Assembly (NCBI GenBank): GCA_963751455.1
Contig: CAVVUN010000015.1
Coordinates: forward strand, 192,001-256,000
DNA from: Nitrospirota bacterium
Lineage (GTDB): Bacteria; Nitrospirota; UBA9217
Length of the DNA stretch: 64,000 bases
Direction of reading: 5' to 3'
Shown here: positions 35,924-44,629 of the stretch, in pieces
Layout of the letters: each line of letters begins with the position of its first letter
Numbering within the stretch: the first letter of the stretch is position 1
Notes under the pieces: model-generated
What the model was told of the DNA's origin: nothing
Database searches by the model: none
Seen by the model: the letters and a program-made list of their open reading frames with translations, nothing else
Position numbers and translations under genes: made by a program

Positions 35924-35979
35924 TCCTTGCCGGACTTCAGTAACGTAGATGCCCATTTACGCCCAAGCAGAGGCCCAAC

Positions 35980-36981
35980 ATGGAAAATGATCGTATTACA
36001 AAAATGCTCGCCGGCAGCACTCCCTTAAAGGCGATTATCAGCGGAATGGGCTATGCCATAAGCATTCAAGACGCCGACCTAAAAGTCGCTTATCAAAACG
36101 ATGCTCACAAGAATCTCTTCGGCAGCCATATCGGTGATTTTTGCTATAAGGGATTTCTCGGCAGGAACAGCATATGTGAAGAGTGCCCGGTCGTTACGTC
36201 TCTTCAGGACGGCGCAGTCCATTCCGCGATATATAAGCGTATTACCGAAAAGGGCGTACTGTATACGGAATTGACGGCATCTCCGGTAACAGATGCAGAC
36301 GGCAAAATAACAGGCGGCGTGGAAGTTGCGCGGGACATTACCTATCGCATCAGAGCAGATGAAGTGAGCCGGGAGACAATGCAGATGCTCGAGGACATAA
36401 CCCAGGGCATTACCGAAAGCATCCTGCTTCTTTCAACGGATTATACGGTCCTCTGGGCCAATAAAGCGGCACTGGAGCAGACCGGGCTGGCGAAGAATGA
36501 ACTGTTAGGTAATTACTGCTATGCCGCTACCCACGACCGCGACTGCCACTGTGAACCTCCGAATGAACCCTGTCCTGTTCGCGATTTGCTTGAAACAGGA
36601 AAGCCAAAAGCCGCAGAGCATGAGCATCATGATAAAAACGGCAAAAAAGTCTATGCCGAAGTAAGCGCGTATCCTATAAAAGACGATTTCGGAAAGATCG
36701 TCAGGTTCGTTCATATATCAAAAAACATAAGCGAGCGTAAAAATCTTGAACAGGAAAGGGAAAAACTTATCCTTGATCTTCAGGAAGCGCTGGCGGAAAT
36801 CAGGACATTAAAAGGCATAATTCCCATCTGCTCTTCCTGTAAAAAAATCAGGAACGACAGCGGGTACTGGGAACAGATGGAAGAATATATACGGAAGAAT
36901 TCAGACGCTGAATTCACGCATGGCATCTGTCCGAGCTGCGCCAGAAAACTGTATTCAGGCATATTAGAAGATCAAGTATAG
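35980..36981 (+). CDS. tandem PAS protein with a C-terminal Cys-rich (ICSSCKKIR..HGICPSC) domain
   Basis: Two PAS domains with CY..C..CPV motifs; conserved C-terminal zinc-ribbon-like motif. Confidence 0.85.
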   Translation: MENDRITKMLAGSTPLKAIISGMGYAISIQDADLKVAYQNDAHKNLFGSHIGDFCYKGFLGRNSICEECPVVTSLQDGAVHSAIYKRITEKGVLYTELTASPVTDADGKITGGVEVARDITYRIRADEVSRETMQMLEDITQGITESILLLSTDYTVLWANKAALEQTGLAKNELLGNYCYAATHDRDCHCEPPNEPCPVRDLLETGKPKAAEHEHHDKNGKKVYAEVSAYPIKDDFGKIVRFVHISKNISERKNLEQEREKLILDLQEALAEIRTLKGIIPICSSCKKIRNDSGYWEQMEEYIRKNSDAEFTHGICPSCARKLYSGILEDQV

Positions 36982-37035
36982 CTGAAAGATAATCGGGGTG
37001 CGCTCGCGCATCTCCTGAAGGCCGCTGCCCGGTGC

Positions 37036-37494
37036 TCACCCTTGATCGGTATATCGTTCAAATTTTTTCCCGATCTTCGAAAGCTGGTCGGCCAGCCAGA
37101 TCATCTGCCTCGTATGCTCTACCGTGATCCTGTCGCGCTCTTCGCCCACAGACAGAGACGTGCCATTCAGAAGTTCGCTTGCGCTCATCAGCTTTACTCC
37201 CCGGGTGTAGATCTCATCTATGTAAGCGGCAATATGCGTGTCGAAAAGAAGCGACGCGTCCTGGGTGCGCGACCGAAAGTCCACGAGGTCTTCCTTTCTC
37301 ATTTCACCGGTATGACCCAGCATTGTGAGTATCTTCTTCACGTCGTTATAAACATCCTGCCTCCTCGAAGAAAGGGATTTTCTGGTTCCAGCCTTTGCGG
37401 GTCGGGAAGACCGGTAGACAAGATAACCGGTGCCCGTTGCTATCACCAGGAGCAGTCCGGTCTGGAGCATATTTAAAAGCAGCAGCCTGTCCAT
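37036..37494 (-). CDS. hypothetical protein with an N-terminal TM helix
   Basis: ATG at 37494 after AAAGGAGG. Confidence 0.7.
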   Translation of the reverse strand: MDRLLLLNMLQTGLLLVIATGTGYLVYRSSRPAKAGTRKSLSSRRQDVYNDVKKILTMLGHTGEMRKEDLVDFRSRTQDASLLFDTHIAAYIDEIYTRGVKLMSASELLNGTSLSVGEERDRITVEHTRQMIWLADQLSKIGKKFERYTDQG

Positions 37495-37734
37495 ATTAAT
37501 TCCTCCTTTGAGTATCATACATAAATTTGAATGATTTTAGAAGGAGAATGGCAGAAGCGACAACTCAATCATGCATGGACAGAAAATATTCGTCGTGCGA
37601 TGCGGGGACGGGATGGCTATTGAAAAATGCGAAATGCAAATTTGTTTTCTTATTTCTTTTCAAAAGCCCCTCGTGCATCCCGGTCATGAACAAATTCTAA
37701 TATCGATAAAAATCGTAATCAGTTTAGTAATGAT

Positions 37735-38005
37735 ATTCGCGGCATGTCTGCGCGGCGCTGCCGATGTAGCCCCCCACCCGGTCCCTCTCCCTGGAAGGGA
37801 GAAGGGCTAGTGGATACCCATCACTCCCCGCTGCCGCAGTCGTAACCGACCGGGTGCAGGCAAAGATAATTCTATGGGCGGTGCAGAAAAAAGAAAAAAT
37901 CTTGCCTGCGGCCAGTGGTTATAAGTGCATAGCGTAGCCTGCTCTAACGAAAACGCGGCCATAAACGAATACAGGCTGAACTTCATGGCATGAAGTTCAG
38001 GCCTT
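37735..38005. repeat. mosaic palindromic intergenic repeat, copy A
   Basis: Reverse complement of modules in 57120-57800. Confidence 0.8.
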
Positions 38006-38012
38006 TTTGCAT

Positions 38013-38510
38013 CTATTCCACTACCTCGAACGTTCCTTTCATGCCCTTTTCTTTATGGGTTTTACCGAGAGGCGCTTTCTTATCACAATAAAATTCATAC
38101 GTGCCGGTTTTTGTGGGTGTAAATTTGATCGATTTCGGCTCCTTCTTCAGGTCGACGCTGAAATCTATACCAGCTTCCGGCGCCTTGGCAGTAATGTTGT
38201 GAGGGATAATCCCTGACGACTTGTCCGTTTTCCTGACGAGGAGTTCCACGGGCTTATTCATGCGTATCACGATCATGTTCGGTTCAAAAAAATATTCACC
38301 GGCATTGATCTCGACACGCTGTACACCGTCAGGATCGACTCCAACAATGAGCTTTTTTCCCCCGGGACTCTCCTGTACCTGATTCGGCGTCGACGTGTTC
38401 TGCGAAAGGAATAACGGCTTGTTTTCCCCTTTGCGGTCCCCGGCATCGATAGAATAGCCCGAGGATAAAACAAGTACTGAAACCATAAATGCGATTGCGC
38501 GGTAATCCAT
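38013..38510 (-). CDS. exported cupredoxin-domain protein
   Basis: F.PN.I, PHN, GTYEFYCDK....H...GMKG (type-1 Cu ligands). Confidence 0.88.
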   Translation of the reverse strand: MDYRAIAFMVSVLVLSSGYSIDAGDRKGENKPLFLSQNTSTPNQVQESPGGKKLIVGVDPDGVQRVEINAGEYFFEPNMIVIRMNKPVELLVRKTDKSSGIIPHNITAKAPEAGIDFSVDLKKEPKSIKFTPTKTGTYEFYCDKKAPLGKTHKEKGMKGTFEVVE

Positions 38511-38608
38511 AGTGCACCTCCATGTGGCTGCTGCCTGATAAAAACAATGGCATAGGATGATGCTTCCGTTGTAAAGCCCTATCGCGAAATTCAATATCCA
38601 AGCATAAG

Positions 38609-38637
38609 AAAGCCCACTCGCCTAGGAGTGGGCTTTT
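38609..38637. terminator. terminator-like hairpin
   Basis: AAAGCCCACTC-gcctag-GAGTGGGCTTTT. Confidence 0.75.
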
Positions 38638-38666
38638 GTCCGGCAGGAAAATAAAAATCGATAGAG

Positions 38667-39209
38667 TTAGTATTTGCTGCCGCCTTGCTGATCACTCGTG
38701 CTCTTTTGCTGTTCATTGGCGCCGCTCTGCCGGTCCATGCTGCCCTGTCCTCCTGCGCCGCTTTGCTGATCACTCATGTCTCCCTGCTGTCCACCGGCAC
38801 CGCTCGGCTGATCCATGCTGCCTTCCTGACCGCCCGCGCCCGCAGCTGCCCCTGAAGGCGAAACGCCCAATGCGGTTATTACCTCTTGATTGAGCTGCCC
38901 AGTCGGCTCCATACCTTTAGCTTGCTGGAATTGCTTCAAGGCTTGCTGTGATTTAGCTCCCCACTTGCCGTCGGCTTTGCCTGCCTTGTACCCCTGGTCG
39001 TTCAATGCCTGTTGGACCTGACGCACTGTCTGCTTGTCCTGCATCAGCGAAGACGAAGTTTGGTCTTGCTGCTGCATTTGCTGACTGCTCTGGTCTGACT
39101 TCTGCATGCCTGGATCGCTCTGGCTTCCGCCCTGCTGCGCGTATGCAAAGGCAACGAAAAGACCGAATGCCGCGATCACGCTTATCACTCCCGTATTGAG
39201 TTTCATCAT
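38667..39209 (-). CDS. exported peptidoglycan-binding (PG_binding_1) protein with Gln/Gly-rich repeats
   Basis: VRQVQQALNDQGY..G.ADG.WG..SQQALKQFQ..KGM..TG. Confidence 0.88.
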   Translation of the reverse strand: MMKLNTGVISVIAAFGLFVAFAYAQQGGSQSDPGMQKSDQSSQQMQQQDQTSSSLMQDKQTVRQVQQALNDQGYKAGKADGKWGAKSQQALKQFQQAKGMEPTGQLNQEVITALGVSPSGAAAGAGGQEGSMDQPSGAGGQQGDMSDQQSGAGGQGSMDRQSGANEQQKSTSDQQGGSKY

Positions 39210-39438
39210 TGACCTCCTTAAAAGCTGTTTATCGTTCAAAACCTGTCACCTTTCCTGTTATTGAATGTAGCTCGTAAAGCAGGCAGGTCAAGAGAACGAA
39301 CGTATGAAGTGAATACTTTAGACAGCGATAATGCCCGATTGTTACCAATATTAGGAGCATTATGGTCCTTTTTATCTATACGATGCTTTATATTTGTTGT
39401 AATATAATGTAATATTATATTTAGGAGGAGATGATTTT

Positions 39439-39642
39439 ATGAAAGTTGAGTTGGACACAAAAGAAATACAATTGCTCATTGGCGAGCTTGAAACTGTTAT
39501 CCGGGAACTGCGCGGCCTGATCGCGTCCGGAATGCGGAAAGAAATGCGTGATGACATCAGGAAGGACAAGATGATGCTCATTGACATCCTGGAGAAAGTA
39601 AAAATGGCCGGGAGGGTCAAGGAACATCATGCCGCTGCGTGA
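39439..39642 (+). CDS. small hypothetical protein
   Basis: RBS AGGAGG; followed by a terminator. Confidence 0.65.
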   Translation: MKVELDTKEIQLLIGELETVIRELRGLIASGMRKEMRDDIRKDKMMLIDILEKVKMAGRVKEHHAAA

Positions 39643-39694
39643 TGGCGACGGCCGTCTAAGACTGTAAACCAGATAACGGAATCAAGAACAATAG

Positions 39695-39725
39695 AAAAGC
39701 CCACTCAGATATGAGTGGGCTTTTT
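39695..39725 (+). terminator. Rho-independent terminator
   Basis: AAAAGCCCACTCA-gata-TGAGTGGGCTTTTT. Confidence 0.8.
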
Positions 39726-39789
39726 GCTGTGTATACTGACGATGAATCGGCATGCAAAGCAGATCATTGAGTTGCCCACATAAACCGCC

Positions 39790-39940
39790 CAAAAAACCAA
39801 GGATCCTGAACGTCATGCCGAGAAGTTCAGTCGGTATTCGTTTATGGCCGGGTTTTCGTTAGAGCAGGCTACGCTACGCACAAGGCTTAGACTCATTGTC
39901 GTACCATCTCGCTGAAAAGCGCGAGACGGGAATCAGGGGT
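39790..39940. repeat. mosaic palindromic intergenic repeat, copy B
   Basis: Close match to 57120-57270. Confidence 0.85.
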
Positions 39941-40162
39941 AACCTACGCACATGGCCATAGGTCACGGCGTTCACTTCAGAGCAGCCTTGGGCCTGCCAA
40001 GGAAGGACTGCATGTTTATCAAGGAGTGATAGACTATGAAAAAGGGGCTCAACACATTGAGAGACATTGAAATGAAAATTGTAAAGCACATTAATTGTCT
40101 TTATTTTTTATCCAGAAACCCATAGGTGTGCGTTCTGACCAATTCAACGGAGGAGGTATCCT

Positions 40163-40936
40163 ATGATACGAGAAAAACTGCTGAAGGACCGTCACATAGC
40201 CGTACTTGCAGCGGACGGCTTCGAAAGAATGGAACTTACAATGCCCGTTAAAGCGCTCCGGGCAGCGGGAGCCCAGGTAGAGATTGTCTCTCTGCGCCGC
40301 GGCCGCATTCGCGGGGTAAACCTGCATGAACCGGCAAGCAAGGTGCGCGTTTCCATAACAGTGGACGAAGCCCATCCGGCAGATTACGACGGTTTGTTCA
40401 TTCCGGGCGGACTTATCAGCCCGGATCTTCTGCGCCAGTCCGCTGCCGCACGAAGCTTCGTTAGTGCGTTCGATGAAATCCGAAAACCGATTGCAAGCAT
40501 CTGTCACGGCCCCTGGGTGCTCATATCCGCAGGGCTTACCAAAGGCAGGACCATGACGGCATGGCCCGGTATACGGGACGATGTCGTAAATGCCGGAGCA
40601 ACCTGGCTCGACGAGGAGGTGGTTCGTGACGGAAACTGGATCACCAGCCGAGGCCCTCAGGATATGGCAGCGTTCGTGCGCGCAATGACAGAACTGTTTA
40701 CTGAGTCGGCGCCCATCGAGTTGACAGCGCGGCAGCAAATTCGGTCCTCACCCCAGCGCGACATGCCTCCCCGGGCAATGATCGCGGCAATGAGGTGGAT
40801 GCCCAGGCCCTCATTCCGAACAGCAGCGGGCCTTGCACTGTTGGCAGGAGGATGGCTGCTTGCAAAGCAGCGCCGTTCAGCGCCGCGCACGCGTTTTGAA
40901 TCTTTTGCACGGCAACCTGTAGAAACGCCGATGTAA
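40163..40936 (+). CDS. PfpI/DJ-1 family (type 1 glutamine amidotransferase-like) protein
   Basis: ADGFE..E, IPGG, SICHGPW, DGNWITSRGP.D. Confidence 0.92.
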   Translation: MIREKLLKDRHIAVLAADGFERMELTMPVKALRAAGAQVEIVSLRRGRIRGVNLHEPASKVRVSITVDEAHPADYDGLFIPGGLISPDLLRQSAAARSFVSAFDEIRKPIASICHGPWVLISAGLTKGRTMTAWPGIRDDVVNAGATWLDEEVVRDGNWITSRGPQDMAAFVRAMTELFTESAPIELTARQQIRSSPQRDMPPRAMIAAMRWMPRPSFRTAAGLALLAGGWLLAKQRRSAPRTRFESFARQPVETPM

Positions 40937-41094
40937 GAGCCGACGGGGTGATGAGTGGCATGACAGAGAGGCGACTGGGAGACAAAGGCGACGGGCGTGG
41001 AATGCCGACATAGAAGGGGCAGGCGAGGCGCTATTGGGTAACGACAGGGCAATTCAAACCGTTACACGCAATCCTTTATGACGTCATACTTCCT

Positions 41095-41123
41095 TTGACA
41101 ATAAAGAAAGGGACTGCTATCCT
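41095..41123 (+). promoter_or_regulatory. sigma70-type promoter upstream of the riboswitch
   Basis: TTGACA-N17-TATCCT. Confidence 0.6.
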
Positions 41124-41135
41124 TTAAACAAGATA

Positions 41136-41228
41136 GATATAGTCCTGATAAAGCCGAACCCTTTGCAAGGAGGGGGCGGAAAGTAACGGGTCTCTCCAAA
41201 CGGAGACAGCCGAGCTGCCGGGAATATC
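41136..41228 (+). ncRNA. cyclic dinucleotide riboswitch (c-di-GMP-I / GEMM)
   Basis: GCCGAACC-CTTT-GCAA-GGAG-GGGGCGGAAAG-TAACGGGTCTC..GAGACAGCCGAGCTGCCG matches the GEMM layout (GNRA tetraloop, receptor, P1 GATAT/ATATC); a terminator-like hairpin follows at 41218-41260. Confidence 0.88.
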
Positions 41229-41360
41229 GCTGATTTGTTGCGGCGGCCCGGTTATTTTATTTGGAGAAGTGGAAATTTTGATACATTCGTAAAAAGCCAG
41301 TCTCATTCGGAAAAAATATTATTTATTCGGCTGTCAGTAACAGGCCGGAAGGAGGATCAA

Positions 41361-42245
41361 ATGGACAAAATAAAAGATATAATCCTGGTGACAGGAGCCA
41401 CCGGAAAACAGGGTGGTGCAGTGGCTCGTCATCTTCTCAAAACCGGCTATAAAGTAAAGGCAATGACGCGGCGTCCGGAAAGTGATAATGCAAGGCTTTT
41501 GAAAGACCTGGGCGCTGATATTGTCAGGGGCGACTATGATGACCCGCCTTCCCTGGAGCGGGCGTTGGACGGCGTCTGGGGCGTATTCGCTGTACAGAAC
41601 ACGTGGGAAGCCGGCGTCGAGCGTGAAGAGGAACAGGGAAAGCGCTTTGCCGAGCTTGCAAAGAAAAAGGGTATTTCCCATTACGTGTATTCGTCTGTGG
41701 GCTCCGCCCATCGCGGCACGGGTATTCCGCATTTCGAGAACAAATGGCGCATTGAGCAGACGGTCAGGGGTCTGAAGTTTCCCTCCTACACTATTTTGCG
41801 GCCTGTCTTCTTCATGGAAAACTTCCTGTCCCCGACGTCCCTTCCAGGATTATTGCAGGGAAAGCTCCAGTTCGGACTCAAGCCGGAAACCAGACTTCAG
41901 ATGGTCGCTGTTGACGACATCGGAAGATTCGGCCTCATGGTTTTCGAGCAGCACGAGAAGATGAACGGAGTGGAGATCGACTTTGCCGGCGACCAGCGGA
42001 CAATTCTGGAAACAGCTGACATCCTCGGAGCTGCGATGGGCAGGAAAATCGAATTCGTGGAAGCGGCCAAAGAGGACATCCGTAAGGCGAGCGAAGATTA
42101 CGCAATCATGCTGGAATGGTTCGAACGGGTGGGGTACAACGTGGATATCCCGTCGCTTAAAAGTAAATACGGGATCGATGTTGCCGGGCTCGAGAAATGG
42201 GCACGGAAGATAGATTGGGCAGTGAAGCTGAAACAGGCGGCATAA
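41361..42245 (+). CDS. NmrA/HSCARG family NAD(P)-binding protein
   Basis: LVTGATGKQGG, YSSVG, PHFENK, RPVFFMEN. Confidence 0.92.
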   Translation: MDKIKDIILVTGATGKQGGAVARHLLKTGYKVKAMTRRPESDNARLLKDLGADIVRGDYDDPPSLERALDGVWGVFAVQNTWEAGVEREEEQGKRFAELAKKKGISHYVYSSVGSAHRGTGIPHFENKWRIEQTVRGLKFPSYTILRPVFFMENFLSPTSLPGLLQGKLQFGLKPETRLQMVAVDDIGRFGLMVFEQHEKMNGVEIDFAGDQRTILETADILGAAMGRKIEFVEAAKEDIRKASEDYAIMLEWFERVGYNVDIPSLKSKYGIDVAGLEKWARKIDWAVKLKQAA

Positions 42246-42569
42246 GAATGCGGAGGATATTCTCCTGAACCAATCCTCTCTCTCATGCGTGAGAGGATTG
42301 GTAAGGGGCGAGTAAAGACGGGACGCAAGTGCAGTCCGCTCTCACTGCGTGCATGCGTGCCAGTTTTGCTTGAATTGCGTAGCAAATGGAACCACCTACC
42401 GGAGCACTCACGCTTCGCTGTAACTTCGCTTCGCTGTGCTGTTTGACTGATTGATTTGATTACCCTTTTTCAAGCATGGCAAAGCACGGTCAGTGCTCGC
42501 GGACCGCAGGGGCCCTGAGAACTGCAACTGCTTAACGTGTAGTTAGTTTGTCTTTATATTGTTTTTTCG

Positions 42570-42935
42570 GAAGCCCTGCATCCCGTGAACACGCCCTACT
42601 CTCGCGCTTGCGCACACCCCATACTCGCGGTTCCACTCGTAATCACCGGGTGCAGGCGCGAAGGCGTTGGATGTTTATGGCATGATCTTTTCCACTTTTC
42701 CAGAACTTTTATTCTGCTTTTCCAGACACCCCTGCATCCCGTGAACAGCGTCCGCGCTTTACATGACCGGGTCTCAAGTCGGCAAATCACAAATCATGCA
42801 TGCGCGTGCGAAGCTCAGCGCTATGGGCGGATCCACTAGCCTGTAAAACTGAAGATAATCTGGCATGTCTGCGCGGTGCTGTGAATGGTGGTGCAGAAAA
42901 AAAACAAGGATCTTGCACTTCCTGCCATGACGTCC
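42570..42935. repeat. mosaic palindromic intergenic repeat, copy C
   Basis: Shares modules with 47165-47350, 53215-53650 and 57480-57800. Confidence 0.8.
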
Positions 42936-43044
42936 GCGATTATCAGTTTGAATGATATTTTGCACTTTTCAGACACTTCCCTCACCTCTTCACTTCGTGT
43001 ATACTCCAACACACCCAGCCAACCACTTCTATGAAGGAGTTTCC

Positions 43045-43530
43045 ATGAAGCAGATCGATACGGCATTATTGCACTCACTTACCCAAAAGGCAAAGAAATC
43101 CCCGCGTAAGAGAATGAATCACAATCTCCATCCGCGGCCCGAGGACGCTGTCCAGCGCCTCTGCAACGCGATTGAGCCGGGAACATACATTAGGCCGCAC
43201 CGGCATGCCGATCCGGAAACATTCGAGGTCTTTATCATGCTGAAGGGTTCTGCTGTGCTTCTTTATTTTGACGACGCCGGAAAAGTGATTGAGCGGGCCG
43301 AGCTTTCGGCTGCAGGGCCGGTGGTTGCAGTTGAAATACCGCCGAAGATTTGGCACACCATGGCGTCGCTGGAAAGCGGCACCGTATTTTTCGAGGTCAA
43401 GCAGGGGCCGTACGTTCCGGCTTCAGGTCGGAATTTGGCGGAATGGGCGCCTATGGAAGGGGAGCGCGAAGCCTCCGATCTGGCTGCATGGTATATCCTC
43501 GCCGGGGTGGGAGATAAAGTTCCTCGATGA
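43045..43530 (+). CDS. WbuC family cupin-fold metalloprotein
   Basis: SPRKRMNHNLH, QRLCNAIEPGTYIRPHRH, EVKQGPY. Confidence 0.88.
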   Translation: MKQIDTALLHSLTQKAKKSPRKRMNHNLHPRPEDAVQRLCNAIEPGTYIRPHRHADPETFEVFIMLKGSAVLLYFDDAGKVIERAELSAAGPVVAVEIPPKIWHTMASLESGTVFFEVKQGPYVPASGRNLAEWAPMEGEREASDLAAWYILAGVGDKVPR

Positions 43531-43562
43531 TTTTCGGGTTGATGCGGCTTATTTCGCTTTGA

Positions 43563-44333
43563 TCAGCCGACCGGCTTCTCCAGCTTCTGCAGAAATGTCC
43601 TGATCCGTTTTGCATTCGTCCCCACGTCGCCCTTGCCTACCCGCGAGACCGATCTTACATCGATCCTGCTTCCTTCCTTCGCGTGCGATACCCGCACGAC
43701 AACGTCATCCTTGAACCCGAACCAGAAGGTGGTCGCGACAGCTTCGATGCGACCGTCCCGCGCGCTGCTGCTTACGACATTCCAGCCCATTTCCCCGGCT
43801 GCTCTGAGCGCGCGGTCAAAAGCCTCTGCCGGTTTAACCGGCAGGACCAGCGGCTGGATATCGGGATAGGAAGCCCGCTGCTGTGCGGCCACAACGGGAC
43901 CGCCGTAGCCGGCCGGGTTTTCGGCATGCGCTCGCATCGGCATGATTGCGACGAATTGCGGAGGGTTTTCGGTGTCTGTCGAGATGTCGTGGATTTTCGG
44001 CAGATGCTGCCCGGCCCTCGACCAAGACCATGGTATCCCGGTTACGGTCAAGCCAATCACGATTCCGGCGGCAGCCATTCGATAGGCGGCGCGATTCCGT
44101 CCGGATAAAATGCCTCCGATCAGAGATATAATTGCAGCTACTGCACCGGCGATTGCTGCTGCGCCCAATATCCCAAGACCTGTCCTGTAATACCACAGGC
44201 CCAGGCGGGTGCCGACTCCGGAAAGAGCCTCTACCGCTGCTGCAAGCAGCGCCAGGATCAGGCCCGCGCCGGCAAGACGGCCTGTCAGCCGGACAAGAAG
44301 AGATGAACGGTCCGTTGCGTGCCTAGCTTTCAT
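43563..44333 (-). CDS. DUF1499 domain membrane protein
   Basis: IHDISTD..NPP.F, FGFKDDVVVRV, DVRSVSRVGKGD.G.NAKRI. Confidence 0.88.
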   Translation of the reverse strand: MKARHATDRSSLLVRLTGRLAGAGLILALLAAAVEALSGVGTRLGLWYYRTGLGILGAAAIAGAVAAIISLIGGILSGRNRAAYRMAAAGIVIGLTVTGIPWSWSRAGQHLPKIHDISTDTENPPQFVAIMPMRAHAENPAGYGGPVVAAQQRASYPDIQPLVLPVKPAEAFDRALRAAGEMGWNVVSSSARDGRIEAVATTFWFGFKDDVVVRVSHAKEGSRIDVRSVSRVGKGDVGTNAKRIRTFLQKLEKPVG

Positions 44334-44629
44334 AGGACCTCAGAGGCGCAGTATCGAATTTTTTGTCACAGAGCTCACAGTACACTGTGCAATAATACTT
44401 TTCAAATTCAAACAGTCAGGTTGCTGCTGTATGATTATATTCTAGCATTGCCGAGGCAGCCGCCTGGTTCGGCTGTTTTCGGACTGTTGGACAGTTCCTC
44501 TAACCGGTCGTGGCAACATCAATGTGTGGTTCGCGTATAAAGGATTATTCCGGGAGGGACAGGATTACTATTTTTAGCCTCTGATACAATTTATTAGGAG
44601 AAGATATCGCATCGGGAGACACATGCAGA

